64,000 nucleotides of DNA from Thermoplasmata archaeon (GTDB lineage Archaea; Thermoplasmatota; Thermoplasmata; Thermoplasmatales; GCA-001856825), in the NCBI GenBank assembly GCA_023256475.1, contig JAGDXP010000022.1, positions 9,929-73,928 on the forward strand, read 5' to 3'. The position numbers and the translations under genes are program-made. The notes under the pieces are model-generated. The model searched no databases. It saw only the letters and a list, made by a program, of their open reading frames with translations, and was not told where the DNA came from. Positions 28,098-38,294 of the stretch are shown here, piece by piece (position 1 is the first letter of the stretch; each line of letters opens with the position of its first letter).

Positions 28098-30071
28098 ATG
28101 GACGAAAACCATCCATTGAAAAATCGCTTCCTAAGAAAAGTGGTAGCACTGTCGGCAGCCGGCGTATTCCTGGACGGTTACGATCTTTTTATAATTTCAG
28201 TTGCTCTCATATATATAGAGACCCAGAATTGGTTATCATCTAATGCTGCCACTGCATCGGTGGAAATTGGGCTATTGAATTCAAGTGCTCTTGCGGGTAT
28301 GCTCATTGGGGCCATCACCATAGGGCGGTTCGCAGATAAAATAGGAAGGCGAACCCTTTACATAATAGACTTGGTTTTTTTTGTTCTGTTTGGCCTTTTA
28401 ACTGCACTCGCGGCGAATATTATTGAACTTCTCGTATTTAGATTCTTGCTGGGTATTGGTATAGGTGCCGATTATCCGGTATCGAGTACCTATGTGGCAG
28501 AATTTTCTCCAAAGAACTTGAGGGGAAAACTAACCACCCTAACATTTGCATTCTGGGGAATAGGTTCCATAACTGCAGCTATAGTTGGATACATATTTGG
28601 GAGATACGAATATGTGATTATTCTGGGGCATCAAGTAAGCACCTGGAGGATAATGCTGGGTTCAGGAATTGTACCGGCCCTTATAGTGATTATACTTAGG
28701 AAGACCATGCCGGAATCTCCCAGATGGCTCTACTCAAAGGGAGAAAGTGAAAAGGCTGAAGAGATAATAAGAACAATAAAGGAAAAGTATGGTCTCGATT
28801 ATTCTCTGGAAACAAAGAATATAAAACCTGAAAGAAGAGGAAGGATCTCTGAGCTGCTTTCTAAAAGGTATATAAAAAGGACTGCATTTGCATGGCTGCC
28901 ATGGTTGATAATGGATATTGGCGTTTATGGTATAGGTATATCAATTCCATTTATCCTTGAACACGTTGGATTCGGTGGAACTACACTCGAAGATAAAGTG
29001 CATGCTATTTTAGGTACCATTATACTGGATCTCTTTGTACTCGTTGGTTTTGCTTTTGCCATCTTAACTATTGAAAAAATAGGAAGGTTAAAGCTGCAAG
29101 AAATAGGCTTTATAGGAATGACCATATCCATGTTTCTTTTGGGATTAACTTGGAATATGGGATTAGGATTCATAATGTCTTTACTTGCCATCTATCTAAT
29201 TTATGAAAATGCAGGACCAAATGTAACCACATGGATAATACCTACCGAAATCTTCCCTACTAGATTGAGGGCTACGGCTCAAGGCTCCTCCTCTGCTATA
29301 TCTAGATTTGGGGCAATAATAGGAACATTCTCATTTCCAGTAACTGTTCATTACTATGGTTATTCTGATGCCTTTTTCATCTTCGCAATAGTTCTGTTCT
29401 TTGGATTTGTATTTACAGCTGTACTAGGTTCAGAAACAACGGGAGCATCCCTGGAAGAATCAAGCAAACTGTTCCTTGAATTTTCAAGTCTGATAAAGAG
29501 GCTAAGCGACATTGTTGAAAGGAGTGCCCAATCATTTAGGGAAATGATTATCAAGTATGACAATCTCCAAGAGAGAGCTCTGAAGATCAAGGAAATCGAA
29601 CATGAAGCGGACTCAATTGTACACGAAATATTCACGAGAATAAATTATATGCCAAAGCCTTTGGAATCTGTAGATATAGGAACACTAGCAACTAAATATG
29701 ATGACATCGTGGATTTCATAAATGCTGCTGCCAAAAGGATAGCAATATTTAATGTCCCTAAGACGAAGTTAATGGAAGAATTTGCCAATGAAGTGTATGA
29801 AACCGTCATTCAATTGAATAAGGCTCTATACTATTTGGAGGAGTTAAATGAGGAGGATTTCGAATTAATCAGAAAGCAATGCATAATAGTGAATGAACTT
29901 GAAAATAAGGGAGACGATCTATTGGCAGCTGGACTTGTGGAAATCTTCAGCCATAAGGATTTCGAATACATACTGAAGTACAAGGAGATTTATGAGTACA
30001 TGGAAACAATCAGTGATAAATGTGAGGACGTCTCAGACATTTTCATGGATATCATAGTGAAATACAGTTAA
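28098..30071 (+). CDS. MFS transporter (phosphate:H+ symporter/sugar-porter-like) fused to a C-terminal DUF47/PhoU-like domain
   Basis: MFS part: GVFLDGYDLFIISVAL, GRFADKIGRR, MPESPRWL and 12 TM helices. The C-terminal ~200 aa are soluble and helical, with two E-x-E/K-x-D repeats (IKEIEHEADSIV, VNELENKGDDLL) as in DUF47. ATG 28098 follows the track TTG 28095. Confidence 0.8.
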   Translation: MDENHPLKNRFLRKVVALSAAGVFLDGYDLFIISVALIYIETQNWLSSNAATASVEIGLLNSSALAGMLIGAITIGRFADKIGRRTLYIIDLVFFVLFGLLTALAANIIELLVFRFLLGIGIGADYPVSSTYVAEFSPKNLRGKLTTLTFAFWGIGSITAAIVGYIFGRYEYVIILGHQVSTWRIMLGSGIVPALIVIILRKTMPESPRWLYSKGESEKAEEIIRTIKEKYGLDYSLETKNIKPERRGRISELLSKRYIKRTAFAWLPWLIMDIGVYGIGISIPFILEHVGFGGTTLEDKVHAILGTIILDLFVLVGFAFAILTIEKIGRLKLQEIGFIGMTISMFLLGLTWNMGLGFIMSLLAIYLIYENAGPNVTTWIIPTEIFPTRLRATAQGSSSAISRFGAIIGTFSFPVTVHYYGYSDAFFIFAIVLFFGFVFTAVLGSETTGASLEESSKLFLEFSSLIKRLSDIVERSAQSFREMIIKYDNLQERALKIKEIEHEADSIVHEIFTRINYMPKPLESVDIGTLATKYDDIVDFINAAAKRIAIFNVPKTKLMEEFANEVYETVIQLNKALYYLEELNEEDFELIRKQCIIVNELENKGDDLLAAGLVEIFSHKDFEYILKYKEIYEYMETISDKCEDVSDIFMDIIVKYS

Positions 30072-30081
30072 AGTTTTTTTA
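30072..30081 (+). terminator. T-run after the MFS-DUF47 gene
   Basis: Seven consecutive T (30074-30080) come immediately after the stop codon. Confidence 0.3.
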
Positions 30082-30100
30082 CCATCTATTATTTTACATT

Positions 30101-30331
30101 GTGAAAATTAATATTATAGTGACTCTGAAGGACAATGTAGAAGATGCCGAGGGACAATCGGTTCTAAAAGCTCTGCATTTGCTCGGTTATGATGAAGTAT
30201 CCAATGTGAGAACTGGAAAAGTCTATTACATAGAAATGAAGGGAAATGATCTATCAAAGGGCTACGAATTTTGCGACAAGCTACTCGCAAATCCCGTCAT
30301 AAATAAATGTAAGGTTGAGAGAGATGACTGA
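30101..30331 (+). CDS. purS: phosphoribosylformylglycinamidine synthase subunit PurS
   Basis: 76 aa. VTLKDNVEDAEGQSVLKAL pattern, GTG start, directly upstream of purL. Confidence 0.85.
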   Translation: MKINIIVTLKDNVEDAEGQSVLKALHLLGYDEVSNVRTGKVYYIEMKGNDLSKGYEFCDKLLANPVINKCKVERDD

Positions 30332-32585
30332 CTCTTTTAAGGTAATTAAATTAAGAGAGTTGTCATTGGGACAGTTGAAGAAAATTTCAAGAGATTTGGC
30401 TCTTGGACTATCTGTTCAAGAAATGGCCAGAATACAATCATATTTCAAAAATTTGGGTAGGGATCCTACTGATGTAGAGCTCCAGGCAATCGGTCAGGCA
30501 TGGAGCGAGCACTGCGGATATAAGAGCTCTAAAATTTACCTTAAAAAATACATATTTGGATTAAACTCTGAGAAAATATATTCACAAGGGGATGCTGGAG
30601 TTGTCTTATTAGATGATGAATATGCAGTGGCACTAAAGATGGAAAGTCATAACCATCCATCAGCCATCGAGCCTTATGGTGGAGCATCGACGGGAGTTGG
30701 CGGTATTTTGAGGGATATCCTAAGTATGGGAGCTCAACCTGTTGCTGTAACAGATGTACTTTATTTTGGAATCAGAAAATATAAGAATTATCCGTCTCCT
30801 GAGTTTATAAAATCCGGAGTGATAAGCGGCATAAGGGATTATGGAAATAGGGTGGGTATTCCAACGGTTTCAGGTGGAATATATTACTCCGACATGTTTT
30901 CCCCAAATGTATTGGTAAATGTGGGGTGCGTTGGTATTTTGAAGAAAGACAAAATTGCCAAGCAGAGCATAGATAAAAAAGGGATTAAGCTAATAATTGC
31001 AGGAGGCAAGACTGGCAGGGATGGAATACATGGAGTTAACATGGCCTCTGCAAATCTCGATTCCGGTAGTGCAAATCTATCAACTGTTCAATTGGGGAAT
31101 CCTATAATTAAGGAGCCCTTAATACACGCGGTTTTGGAGGCAAATGAATCCGGTCTTATTTATTCGCTTAAAGACCTTGGTGGAGGGGGTTTAAGTAGCG
31201 TTGTTGGTGAGATGTTATACGCAGGTGGAATGGGCGGTGTGGTTTATCTCGACAAGGTACCCCTCAAGGAGAATGATATGCTGCCATGGGAAATTTGGAT
31301 ATCGGAGAGCCAGGAAAGGATGTTACTGGGAGTGGAAGAGAAGAATGTTCCGCAAGTCCTGGAAATAATGAATGACTGGGATGTAACAAGCGCGGTGATC
31401 GGTGAAAGTGTAGAGGGAAGTAAACTCACCCTTTATTATAAGGGAGAAGTTGTCATGGACTTAGATCTGGACTTTGTGACATCTCCTCCGCTATACCAAA
31501 GGGCGAACAGGATAACTTACAAGGAGTATAAATTCGATATTCCCAAAGAAAGAGAAAATTATGATGGCATATTATTGAAAATGCTCTCAGATCCAAATAT
31601 TGCCTCCAAGGAGTATGCAGTGAGACAATATGATCACACGGTAAGGGGTAATACAGTTATACCGCCCTTTACTGGAATCATAGGCAAGGAAGGCCCATCA
31701 GATGCGTCAGTAATTAAAATTAACTGGGAAAATTATACGGCAATATCCATAGCTCATGGGAGTAACCCGTTCTATTCACAGATAGACCCATACATGGGAG
31801 CTAGAAATGCCGTAGATGAGGCATATAGAAACCTGGTTTCTGCGAATTCAATACCCATAGCATTTTCAGATTGTCTGAATTCAGGAAATCCAGAAAGACC
31901 TGAAAGAATGGGTGAGTTTATTTCTATGATTAAGGGGTTATCAGATGAAGCTAGGGAATTGGGTGTCCCATTTGTCTCAGGAAATGTATCTCTATACAAT
32001 GAGACAGGTTTGAAAAGCATCCCATCAATACCTACTATTCTGGCCGTAGGGAAACTCAAGGACTATAGGAAAGCCATAACCCCAGATTTCAAGGGGGTTG
32101 GAAATCCCATTTATTTAATAGGGAAGCCTGAAATAGAATTCGGAGGCTCCCTATATTTCAGAATTCAGAGAAAAAATGGTGGAAGAGTGCCTTATTCCAA
32201 TCCTAAGGTACTCTACGATAGATCGGAAAGGGTGCTAAAGGCAATGGATCTTGGTTTAGTTCTATCTTCTCACGATGTGTCAGAAGGTGGGTTAGCCTTG
32301 GCAATAGCGGAAATGACCATAGGTTCTGATATCGGGGCTGAAATAGATTTAACAGGTCTTACATTTGGAAGACCAGACTTCTTCATGTTTTCAGAATCTC
32401 AATCCATGTTCATTGTAGAGATTCAAAAAGGAAAAGAGAATGAATTCGAGAGAGAGATGGGAGGTTCATCCATCAAATTAGGTTACACTGGGGGTCAAAT
32501 TTTAAATATAAAGCTAAATGGGCGAACATTGATAAATCTTTATAACGATCAGATTAGATCAAAGTGGAAGGAGGGGTATACTTGA
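30324..32585 (+). CDS. purL: phosphoribosylformylglycinamidine synthase II PurL
   Basis: Motifs WSEHCGYKS, MESHNHPSAIEPYGGA and ISESQERM. ATG 30324 overlaps the purS stop (ATGACTGA). Confidence 0.9.
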   Translation: MTDSFKVIKLRELSLGQLKKISRDLALGLSVQEMARIQSYFKNLGRDPTDVELQAIGQAWSEHCGYKSSKIYLKKYIFGLNSEKIYSQGDAGVVLLDDEYAVALKMESHNHPSAIEPYGGASTGVGGILRDILSMGAQPVAVTDVLYFGIRKYKNYPSPEFIKSGVISGIRDYGNRVGIPTVSGGIYYSDMFSPNVLVNVGCVGILKKDKIAKQSIDKKGIKLIIAGGKTGRDGIHGVNMASANLDSGSANLSTVQLGNPIIKEPLIHAVLEANESGLIYSLKDLGGGGLSSVVGEMLYAGGMGGVVYLDKVPLKENDMLPWEIWISESQERMLLGVEEKNVPQVLEIMNDWDVTSAVIGESVEGSKLTLYYKGEVVMDLDLDFVTSPPLYQRANRITYKEYKFDIPKERENYDGILLKMLSDPNIASKEYAVRQYDHTVRGNTVIPPFTGIIGKEGPSDASVIKINWENYTAISIAHGSNPFYSQIDPYMGARNAVDEAYRNLVSANSIPIAFSDCLNSGNPERPERMGEFISMIKGLSDEARELGVPFVSGNVSLYNETGLKSIPSIPTILAVGKLKDYRKAITPDFKGVGNPIYLIGKPEIEFGGSLYFRIQRKNGGRVPYSNPKVLYDRSERVLKAMDLGLVLSSHDVSEGGLALAIAEMTIGSDIGAEIDLTGLTFGRPDFFMFSESQSMFIVEIQKGKENEFEREMGGSSIKLGYTGGQILNIKLNGRTLINLYNDQIRSKWKEGYT

Positions 32586-33367
32586 ATCTACCAAAGGTGG
32601 CAGTACTTACCATGGAGGGCACAAATAACGAGGAAGAGGCTTTCCAATCTTGGAGGGGTGCAGGTGCCAATGCAGAAATCATCCATATTAAGAAGCTGGA
32701 AAACAAGATCAGAAAGCTGGAAGAATTTGATGCTATATTTTTTCCAGGCGGTTTCTCCGCTGGAGACTATGTACGCGCTGGAGCAATAATGGCATCAAGG
32801 CTGAGAGCTACTGTTATGAGGGACATCGAAAATTTTGTTGATGCCGGTAAATTAATAATGGGTTCGTGCAATGGATTTCAGGTACTTATTGAGTTGGGGT
32901 TAATCCCAAATATTGGAGGAGATTATGAGAGAGAAGCAGCTTTAGCCACAAATCTTAGCAACAGATTTGAGGCTCGAACAGTCTATTTGAAAATTACAAA
33001 TAATACCTGCCCATTCTTGAGGAAATTCAGAATTAACCAGATTATAAGGTTGCCCATAGCACACTTTGAGGGTAGGTTCATACCAGCCAATGAAGACCTA
33101 TTGGAAGAAATATCAAATAATAACATGATCGGATTGAAATATGTGGATCCATATGGGAAAGAGGTAGGTTATCCATGGAATCCCAATGGTTCAGTATTGA
33201 ATATAGCAGGCGTATGCTCGAAATCTGGTAATGTATTGGGGCTTATGCCACATCCGGAAAGGGTATTCAACAAATATACGCAATCAGATTGGCCAAGGGG
33301 AAATGAAGAGGATTATGGACAGCTATTCTTTAAGGGTGCGGTAGATTATCTCAATGAGAAATTTTAA
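32582..33367 (+). CDS. purQ: phosphoribosylformylglycinamidine synthase I (glutaminase) PurQ
   Basis: Motifs KVAVLTMEGTNNEEE, GSCNGFQ (Cys nucleophile) and MPHPER. I propose TTG 32582 (TTGA overlap with the purL stop, GGAGG upstream). The track ORF starts at GTG 32564. Confidence 0.85.
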   Translation: MNLPKVAVLTMEGTNNEEEAFQSWRGAGANAEIIHIKKLENKIRKLEEFDAIFFPGGFSAGDYVRAGAIMASRLRATVMRDIENFVDAGKLIMGSCNGFQVLIELGLIPNIGGDYEREAALATNLSNRFEARTVYLKITNNTCPFLRKFRINQIIRLPIAHFEGRFIPANEDLLEEISNNNMIGLKYVDPYGKEVGYPWNPNGSVLNIAGVCSKSGNVLGLMPHPERVFNKYTQSDWPRGNEEDYGQLFFKGAVDYLNEKF

Positions 33368-33390
33368 AATGCAGATTAATATCACCCATA

Positions 33391-33948
33391 GTGTATTTGA
33401 GAGCTTTATTCATAGGTTTAATCGCTCTAATGGTGATAATGAATGTTCCAATGAACCAGGTGCATGCACAGAATGAAGTTATATTCCCCACAATATATTA
33501 TACCACTTATCAGGGTTATAATATAACTATAACGGACCTTGACTGGTACAACATAGTTTATCCGGTAATTTACAGTTCAAATTTCTCAACCTATGATTGG
33601 AAGAAAAGCCCACTGAAAAATTACATACTATTTGACTATTCGTTGACAGGGCTAAATCCATACGGTGCTGAATTCATTTTAGCACTGCAATCTATAGGAA
33701 ATCTTACAAAAGCTAATGTAACCAAGGCATTTCAGGCAATAGCGAATCTGGATGCTACAGGCGATGGCTATACTAATCAGGAGAAATTAAATGCAGGAGC
33801 GCTTCCAGGTTTCTACAATTCCACACCAACAAGCTTCAATAACCCATCTGTAAGGGCGACCTATGGGTACGTGTTTACTGCCCTGGTAGTTGTTTCTGTT
33901 TTTGTGCTGTACTTTGTATTCAACAGAAAGAAGGAACGCAATGAATGA
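33391..33948 (+). CDS. secreted, C-terminally membrane-anchored protein of unknown function
   Basis: Signal-like N-terminus ending VHAQ. Acidic loop DATGDGYTNQEKLN. C-terminal TM helix followed by RKKERNE. GTG start. Confidence 0.55.
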   Translation: MYLRALFIGLIALMVIMNVPMNQVHAQNEVIFPTIYYTTYQGYNITITDLDWYNIVYPVIYSSNFSTYDWKKSPLKNYILFDYSLTGLNPYGAEFILALQSIGNLTKANVTKAFQAIANLDATGDGYTNQEKLNAGALPGFYNSTPTSFNNPSVRATYGYVFTALVVVSVFVLYFVFNRKKERNE

Positions 33949-34987
33949 TTTTACTGCGAAAGCAATAAAAAAATATTTTTCATTTTATTACAAGAATTTC
34001 AATTATGAGATAAAAGATCTTCCAAAAAGGGAATTAGCTTTCTCCTACTTTGAAGGTTCATCTATGATGAGGCATTTAAGCTTTAATTTACAAAATGAAC
34101 TTAAAAAATCACTTCATGAAAACCCTCCCAGACATTTCTATTATTCAAGCGCGTACTATGATAATCCAGCCAGTGAGGACTTGAATTCAACATGGGTTGG
34201 TGCAGACTTGATTTTCGATATAGATGCTGATCATATAAAGGGTTCTGAAAATCTTAGGAAAAGGGAGATGCTGGAGCTTGTAAAGGAAGAAGTCAATAAG
34301 TTATCCAAGATGCTCATGGAGGATTTTGGCATAGAGGAGAATAGGATGGAATTGGTTTTTTCTGGTTCAAGGGGGTACCACATACACGTCTATGACATTT
34401 TTACAGACCTAAACACATTTCAGAGAAGGGAAATTGTCGATTATATAACCGGGAGGTGTCTTGATAAAATAAATCTGAACAGAAACTCTATGTGGAATCA
34501 GAGGATCAAGATTGAAGAAAGAATTCTGGTTGAGGAGATTAAATCATTATTTTCTTCAAATCCAAAGGCTAAGGAGATAGAATTTCTTGGTCATAAATTT
34601 AGGAAAAACAGATATTTTCCAACCAACGATGATTTGAAAATTATAAATCAATTGGCGGTAGAGAAGGCTAAATCAAAATATGGTTCTGCCATTGATGAAC
34701 CTGTAACCATAGATGTTCACAGATTAATAAGAACACCCATGAGCCTTCATGGTAAAACCGGTTTCATTGTAAAGCTTTTAAAATTCTCAGAGCTTGAAGA
34801 GTTTGATCCATTTTCAGATGCAATTCCGAAGGAATTCACAGAAGTGGATCTCAGAGTTAAGATAACCAAAAAATTTCCCAAAGACTTTCAGGATGAAGAA
34901 GGATTCTATGAAGAGGGGATTCAGAAGCTTAAGCTGCACGAAGCTCTTTACCTCGCCCTAAATGATGCACTGGAATTCCTGGAATGA
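33941..34987 (+). CDS. priS: DNA primase small (catalytic) subunit PriS
   Basis: Catalytic motifs LIFDIDADH and SGSRGYHIHV. ATG 33941 overlaps the upstream stop (ATGAATGA). Confidence 0.85.
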   Translation: MNDFTAKAIKKYFSFYYKNFNYEIKDLPKRELAFSYFEGSSMMRHLSFNLQNELKKSLHENPPRHFYYSSAYYDNPASEDLNSTWVGADLIFDIDADHIKGSENLRKREMLELVKEEVNKLSKMLMEDFGIEENRMELVFSGSRGYHIHVYDIFTDLNTFQRREIVDYITGRCLDKINLNRNSMWNQRIKIEERILVEEIKSLFSSNPKAKEIEFLGHKFRKNRYFPTNDDLKIINQLAVEKAKSKYGSAIDEPVTIDVHRLIRTPMSLHGKTGFIVKLLKFSELEEFDPFSDAIPKEFTEVDLRVKITKKFPKDFQDEEGFYEEGIQKLKLHEALYLALNDALEFLE

Positions 34988-35020
34988 AATATTTAATTAG
35001 GGAAATGAAATCAGGGTCTT

Positions 35021-35251
35021 ATGGGAAGCATTAGACCAACCCTAGTAAAGACGGTTGCAAGGCAAATTTACGAGAAATATCAGGATAAATTATCCAATAA
35101 CTTTGAGGAAAATAAAAAGATAGTTAATCTGGCTATACCGGACACCTCTAAAAAATTTAGAAATCTTGTCGCAGGTTATGTAACCACTTATTGGAAGACT
35201 AAGAAAATGCCAAAGAAGAAGAAAGAAGAAATCGAAGATGATTTAAATTAA
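35021..35251 (+). CDS. rps17e: 30S ribosomal protein eS17
   Basis: MGSIRPTLVKTVARQIYEKY N-terminus, 76 aa, Lys-rich tail. Confidence 0.85.
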   Translation: MGSIRPTLVKTVARQIYEKYQDKLSNNFEENKKIVNLAIPDTSKKFRNLVAGYVTTYWKTKKMPKKKKEEIEDDLN

Positions 35252-36007
35252 ACCTGATTTTTCCTTACGGGCAAATATAAGATAAGCCCTTGGGGACTCA
35301 CGGACCACATCTATCATGACATAATTCTTGTGTTCGAGATCAAGTATTGCTTTTCTTAAAGCATATCTCCATTTTTTAACCAATTCCAGGTTTGATGGGT
35401 CAATCTCCTCTAAAACTTCAAACCCCAGTATATCGCCGTCTATGTTATAATTATCCCAAGGCTCAACTGATCCATGTAGTTCAGCAGCCAGATCAAATTT
35501 ATAAGTCCTAATAGGGGTTTTATCTTTGAATTTATGGGCTTCAATTCTATCCGATTCAATTCCCTTATTTTCCCTGCTACCCATTATCCCGTAGTAATTT
35601 ATTTTGTATTCATAGGCAAATGAACCAAGTTTATGTGTATTGAAATAAGCATTGCGTGTTTTCATGGGATCAAAGGTCCACCTGACCTCGTTATAGCCCA
35701 TGGAAAACGCTGACTGGAATTGATGGGATTTCAGTTGATAACCGACATTATAATTCCTATAATCTGGAAGGACTCCTGCCATGTGGGAATAAAAGTACCT
35801 GTAATTATCCTTATATGCAGGGAAGCCTATGGTGAATCCAACCATCTCTCCGTCTATGAACGCACCCTCTACAAGTCCACCGTTATTATTGATTGCAACT
35901 AAAATCGGTACTGGCACGGGGCATTCTTCCTCCATTCCCCATGCGATCCTTTGTATTTCCTCAACTTTCTTGTACTCATCAATGGTAGATACCTTTCTGA
36001 TTTCCAC
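35243..36007 (-). CDS. GNAT-fold protein (COG3375-like predicted acetyltransferase)
   Basis: 254 aa. VRWTFDPMKTRNAYFNTHKLG resembles the WTFDPL..RNA..N motif of this family as I recall it. Not checked against an HMM. Confidence 0.45.
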   Translation of the reverse strand: MEIRKVSTIDEYKKVEEIQRIAWGMEEECPVPVPILVAINNNGGLVEGAFIDGEMVGFTIGFPAYKDNYRYFYSHMAGVLPDYRNYNVGYQLKSHQFQSAFSMGYNEVRWTFDPMKTRNAYFNTHKLGSFAYEYKINYYGIMGSRENKGIESDRIEAHKFKDKTPIRTYKFDLAAELHGSVEPWDNYNIDGDILGFEVLEEIDPSNLELVKKWRYALRKAILDLEHKNYVMIDVVRESPRAYLIFARKEKSGLI

Positions 36008-36054
36008 GACATGAAATTATCTCATACAATTAACCCTTTTCATGTAAGAAGTTA

Positions 36055-37851
36055 TCAATTTTCAAGATCTCTGCTTTTTATTCTATTCTTAACTGCCAAT
36101 CCAGATTTGAAATCTCTCATCTCTTCCGGACTCAATATGGCTCTACCAAATGAAATAAATTGGTCCTCTTCATCCACTATGATCACTTCATCCCCAGGAC
36201 GTAAATTATCATCAACATCCTTCACAAATTTTGAAAACAGATTTTTTCCTTCCAAAAGGAAATTAGAGATATCTTTGCTCACAAATACTCTCTGCCTGGG
36301 TTTTTCGAGTTTCCCATGTAGCAACTTTGCCCCTTCATATGCTAGTGTAAACAAACCATCTTCAGCTCTTAATGAAAATAACAATTTATCATTTAGGTAA
36401 ATATTCCTAAGTTTGCCTGTATTTTTGCTGAGCCTTATCTGGATTTCTTTAAGATCTACGAGATTAGAAAGTGGAATTGAAAATTGATACCTAAATATGT
36501 AATTCGCCTTTCTTATTAAGAAATCCTTCCATTCTTGGGATTTAATAATTTCCTCCTTTATCTCCTTCTCATAATATTCCCCAGGGAAAACAGATTGAGC
36601 TATGGGGTATGTTTCATCCATATATATGCTGAAATTGCCGAAGGGGGTTTTAACTACAGTATCCACTGGACCTAAATAAAAGGAATACGGTTTTTTATTT
36701 ACCTGTAACCCCTCTTGATTTTTGGCCTCCTTCTCAACAATCCTTCTTACAAGGGGTCTCAAAAATGTTTCATCGCCTGTGTAGAAAATAGGCGACCTCT
36801 TTGACCTGGATTCAAACCTCTCTAGGAAGTTGTAAAAGGTAAGCAATTTTCTGTATGCATCAAGCAGAAGAGGGTGAGCTCTTACCCTATACTCTGTATA
36901 ATTCCACAAATTTTCCTGTCTTATTTCCTCTCTGATTCTCTTTATTTCCTTCTGAGATATGTAGAGGTTGTGTTCAGCTATGATAAGTGTCCTTTCAGAT
37001 TCGTTCATTTCCTTCAATTCCCTCAATGTATACTTATCTAAAATTGCAGATTGAGGTAATTCTTCTGAAATATAATTCAATTCCACCGTACCCTCATTAG
37101 TTAAAATCCTTCCATCCCTGGCATATTTTATATACGCTGAAGAATCAAATATATCAGCCCCTGATAAAACCAGAAGGGGAAAGAACATAGGATGACCTGC
37201 CCCAAAAGCATGTATCACGGAATTGGTTTTTAAATTCATCTTTGATACAATTACGGCTTCAACTACACTTGAGTAATTGTAAGATTCCATCAAGGGTACA
37301 ATTCCTCCAATTGGGAAGTATTCATTATCCAAGCTTCCCATAAGTCTGGCACTTTTTGCTCTCAGATCGGGAAATTTTCCTCCCTGAATCGGCAACGCCA
37401 TGTAATTTTTAGTAAGGTTTTTTGCCTCAATTGCCCTGCTGTAAGTCTCCTCTACTCCTGAGTTCACCTGCTCCCAACTATCTGTTGGAAGTGAGAATAC
37501 ATCTCTTATGGTGATTATATCGCTATTTATCTTTTCCTGATAGGTAACCATCTGACTATTGGTTGCTTCAATCCCACCATAGACGTAATCTTGGAAGGTC
37601 CCTGAATCTGTCATTATTAGGCCATTGAAACCTAAATGATCGTGGATATCCTTACCCTCGAATTTCCTTTTGAAAAGGATATATGAATTGGTTATTATGC
37701 CTTCGAACCCTAAATCTTTGATTACCTGTATCCACGGATCTTTCATGAAGGGGTGGACAACGGGCAAAAGTGCAGGCGTTAGAATTCTTCTATTATTTAC
37801 AGTTAATTCCCCTATTCTCCCTAATCCATCTCTATGAAGAATCTGGAACAT
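36055..37851 (-). CDS. tgtA: archaeosine tRNA-guanine transglycosylase (ArcTGT) with C-terminal PUA-type extension
   Basis: TGT barrel motifs MTDSGTFQ and FGAGHPMFFPL. An extra ~230 aa ends in the PUA-like LRPGDEVIIVDE. Confidence 0.85.
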   Translation of the reverse strand: MFQILHRDGLGRIGELTVNNRRILTPALLPVVHPFMKDPWIQVIKDLGFEGIITNSYILFKRKFEGKDIHDHLGFNGLIMTDSGTFQDYVYGGIEATNSQMVTYQEKINSDIITIRDVFSLPTDSWEQVNSGVEETYSRAIEAKNLTKNYMALPIQGGKFPDLRAKSARLMGSLDNEYFPIGGIVPLMESYNYSSVVEAVIVSKMNLKTNSVIHAFGAGHPMFFPLLVLSGADIFDSSAYIKYARDGRILTNEGTVELNYISEELPQSAILDKYTLRELKEMNESERTLIIAEHNLYISQKEIKRIREEIRQENLWNYTEYRVRAHPLLLDAYRKLLTFYNFLERFESRSKRSPIFYTGDETFLRPLVRRIVEKEAKNQEGLQVNKKPYSFYLGPVDTVVKTPFGNFSIYMDETYPIAQSVFPGEYYEKEIKEEIIKSQEWKDFLIRKANYIFRYQFSIPLSNLVDLKEIQIRLSKNTGKLRNIYLNDKLLFSLRAEDGLFTLAYEGAKLLHGKLEKPRQRVFVSKDISNFLLEGKNLFSKFVKDVDDNLRPGDEVIIVDEEDQFISFGRAILSPEEMRDFKSGLAVKNRIKSRDLEN

Positions 37852-37898
37852 TCAAAACTAACTTATTATAAAAATTTTTAAGTAGATGGTTTGACCAT

Positions 37899-38180
37899 CT
37901 ACTTTGATAAGACAATCTCTATGGCAGAAACGTTGCGCTCTCCATTGTCTCTCTGCACTTTCTCTGTGGAGATTTTGATGTCCTTGTATTTGATCTCCGT
38001 CTTCATCATGTCTTCCATTCTCTTCCTTATGATTTCAGCAACGTCTACTGCCCTCTTAATTGCCATTCCCCTTGCTTTTATAACAACTTCCTCTGCTCCA
38101 TTGCCAAAGAGCATTATTCCATTAAAAGCATACGAATCTGCTGGTCTCTGACCCACATAGATTACGTTGTTCTCAGCCAT
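37899..38180 (-). CDS. albA: chromatin/RNA-binding protein Alba
   Basis: MAENNVIYVGQRP...VVIKARGMAIKRAVDVAEIIRKR. ATG 38180 chosen. Confidence 0.9.
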   Translation of the reverse strand: MAENNVIYVGQRPADSYAFNGIMLFGNGAEEVVIKARGMAIKRAVDVAEIIRKRMEDMMKTEIKYKDIKISTEKVQRDNGERNVSAIEIVLSK

Positions 38181-38275
38181 GTTAATCACCAGTGTGGAGA
38201 AATTAGATTAAGATATTAAAATTTACTCATTTCTGCAAATTCTAATTAAGTATAATTAGGACAAATTATTAATAA

Positions 38276-38290
38276 TTACATTTAATGTAA
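38276..38290. promoter_or_regulatory. perfect palindrome TTACAT-tta-ATGTAA just upstream of the RHH gene start (candidate operator)
   Basis: Read directly from the sequence, 5-19 nt upstream of ATG 38295. A second inverted repeat, CTAATTA-agta-TAATTAG, lies at 38242-38259. Both are AT-rich, so chance occurrence is plausible. Confidence 0.25.
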
Positions 38291-38294
38291 AAGT

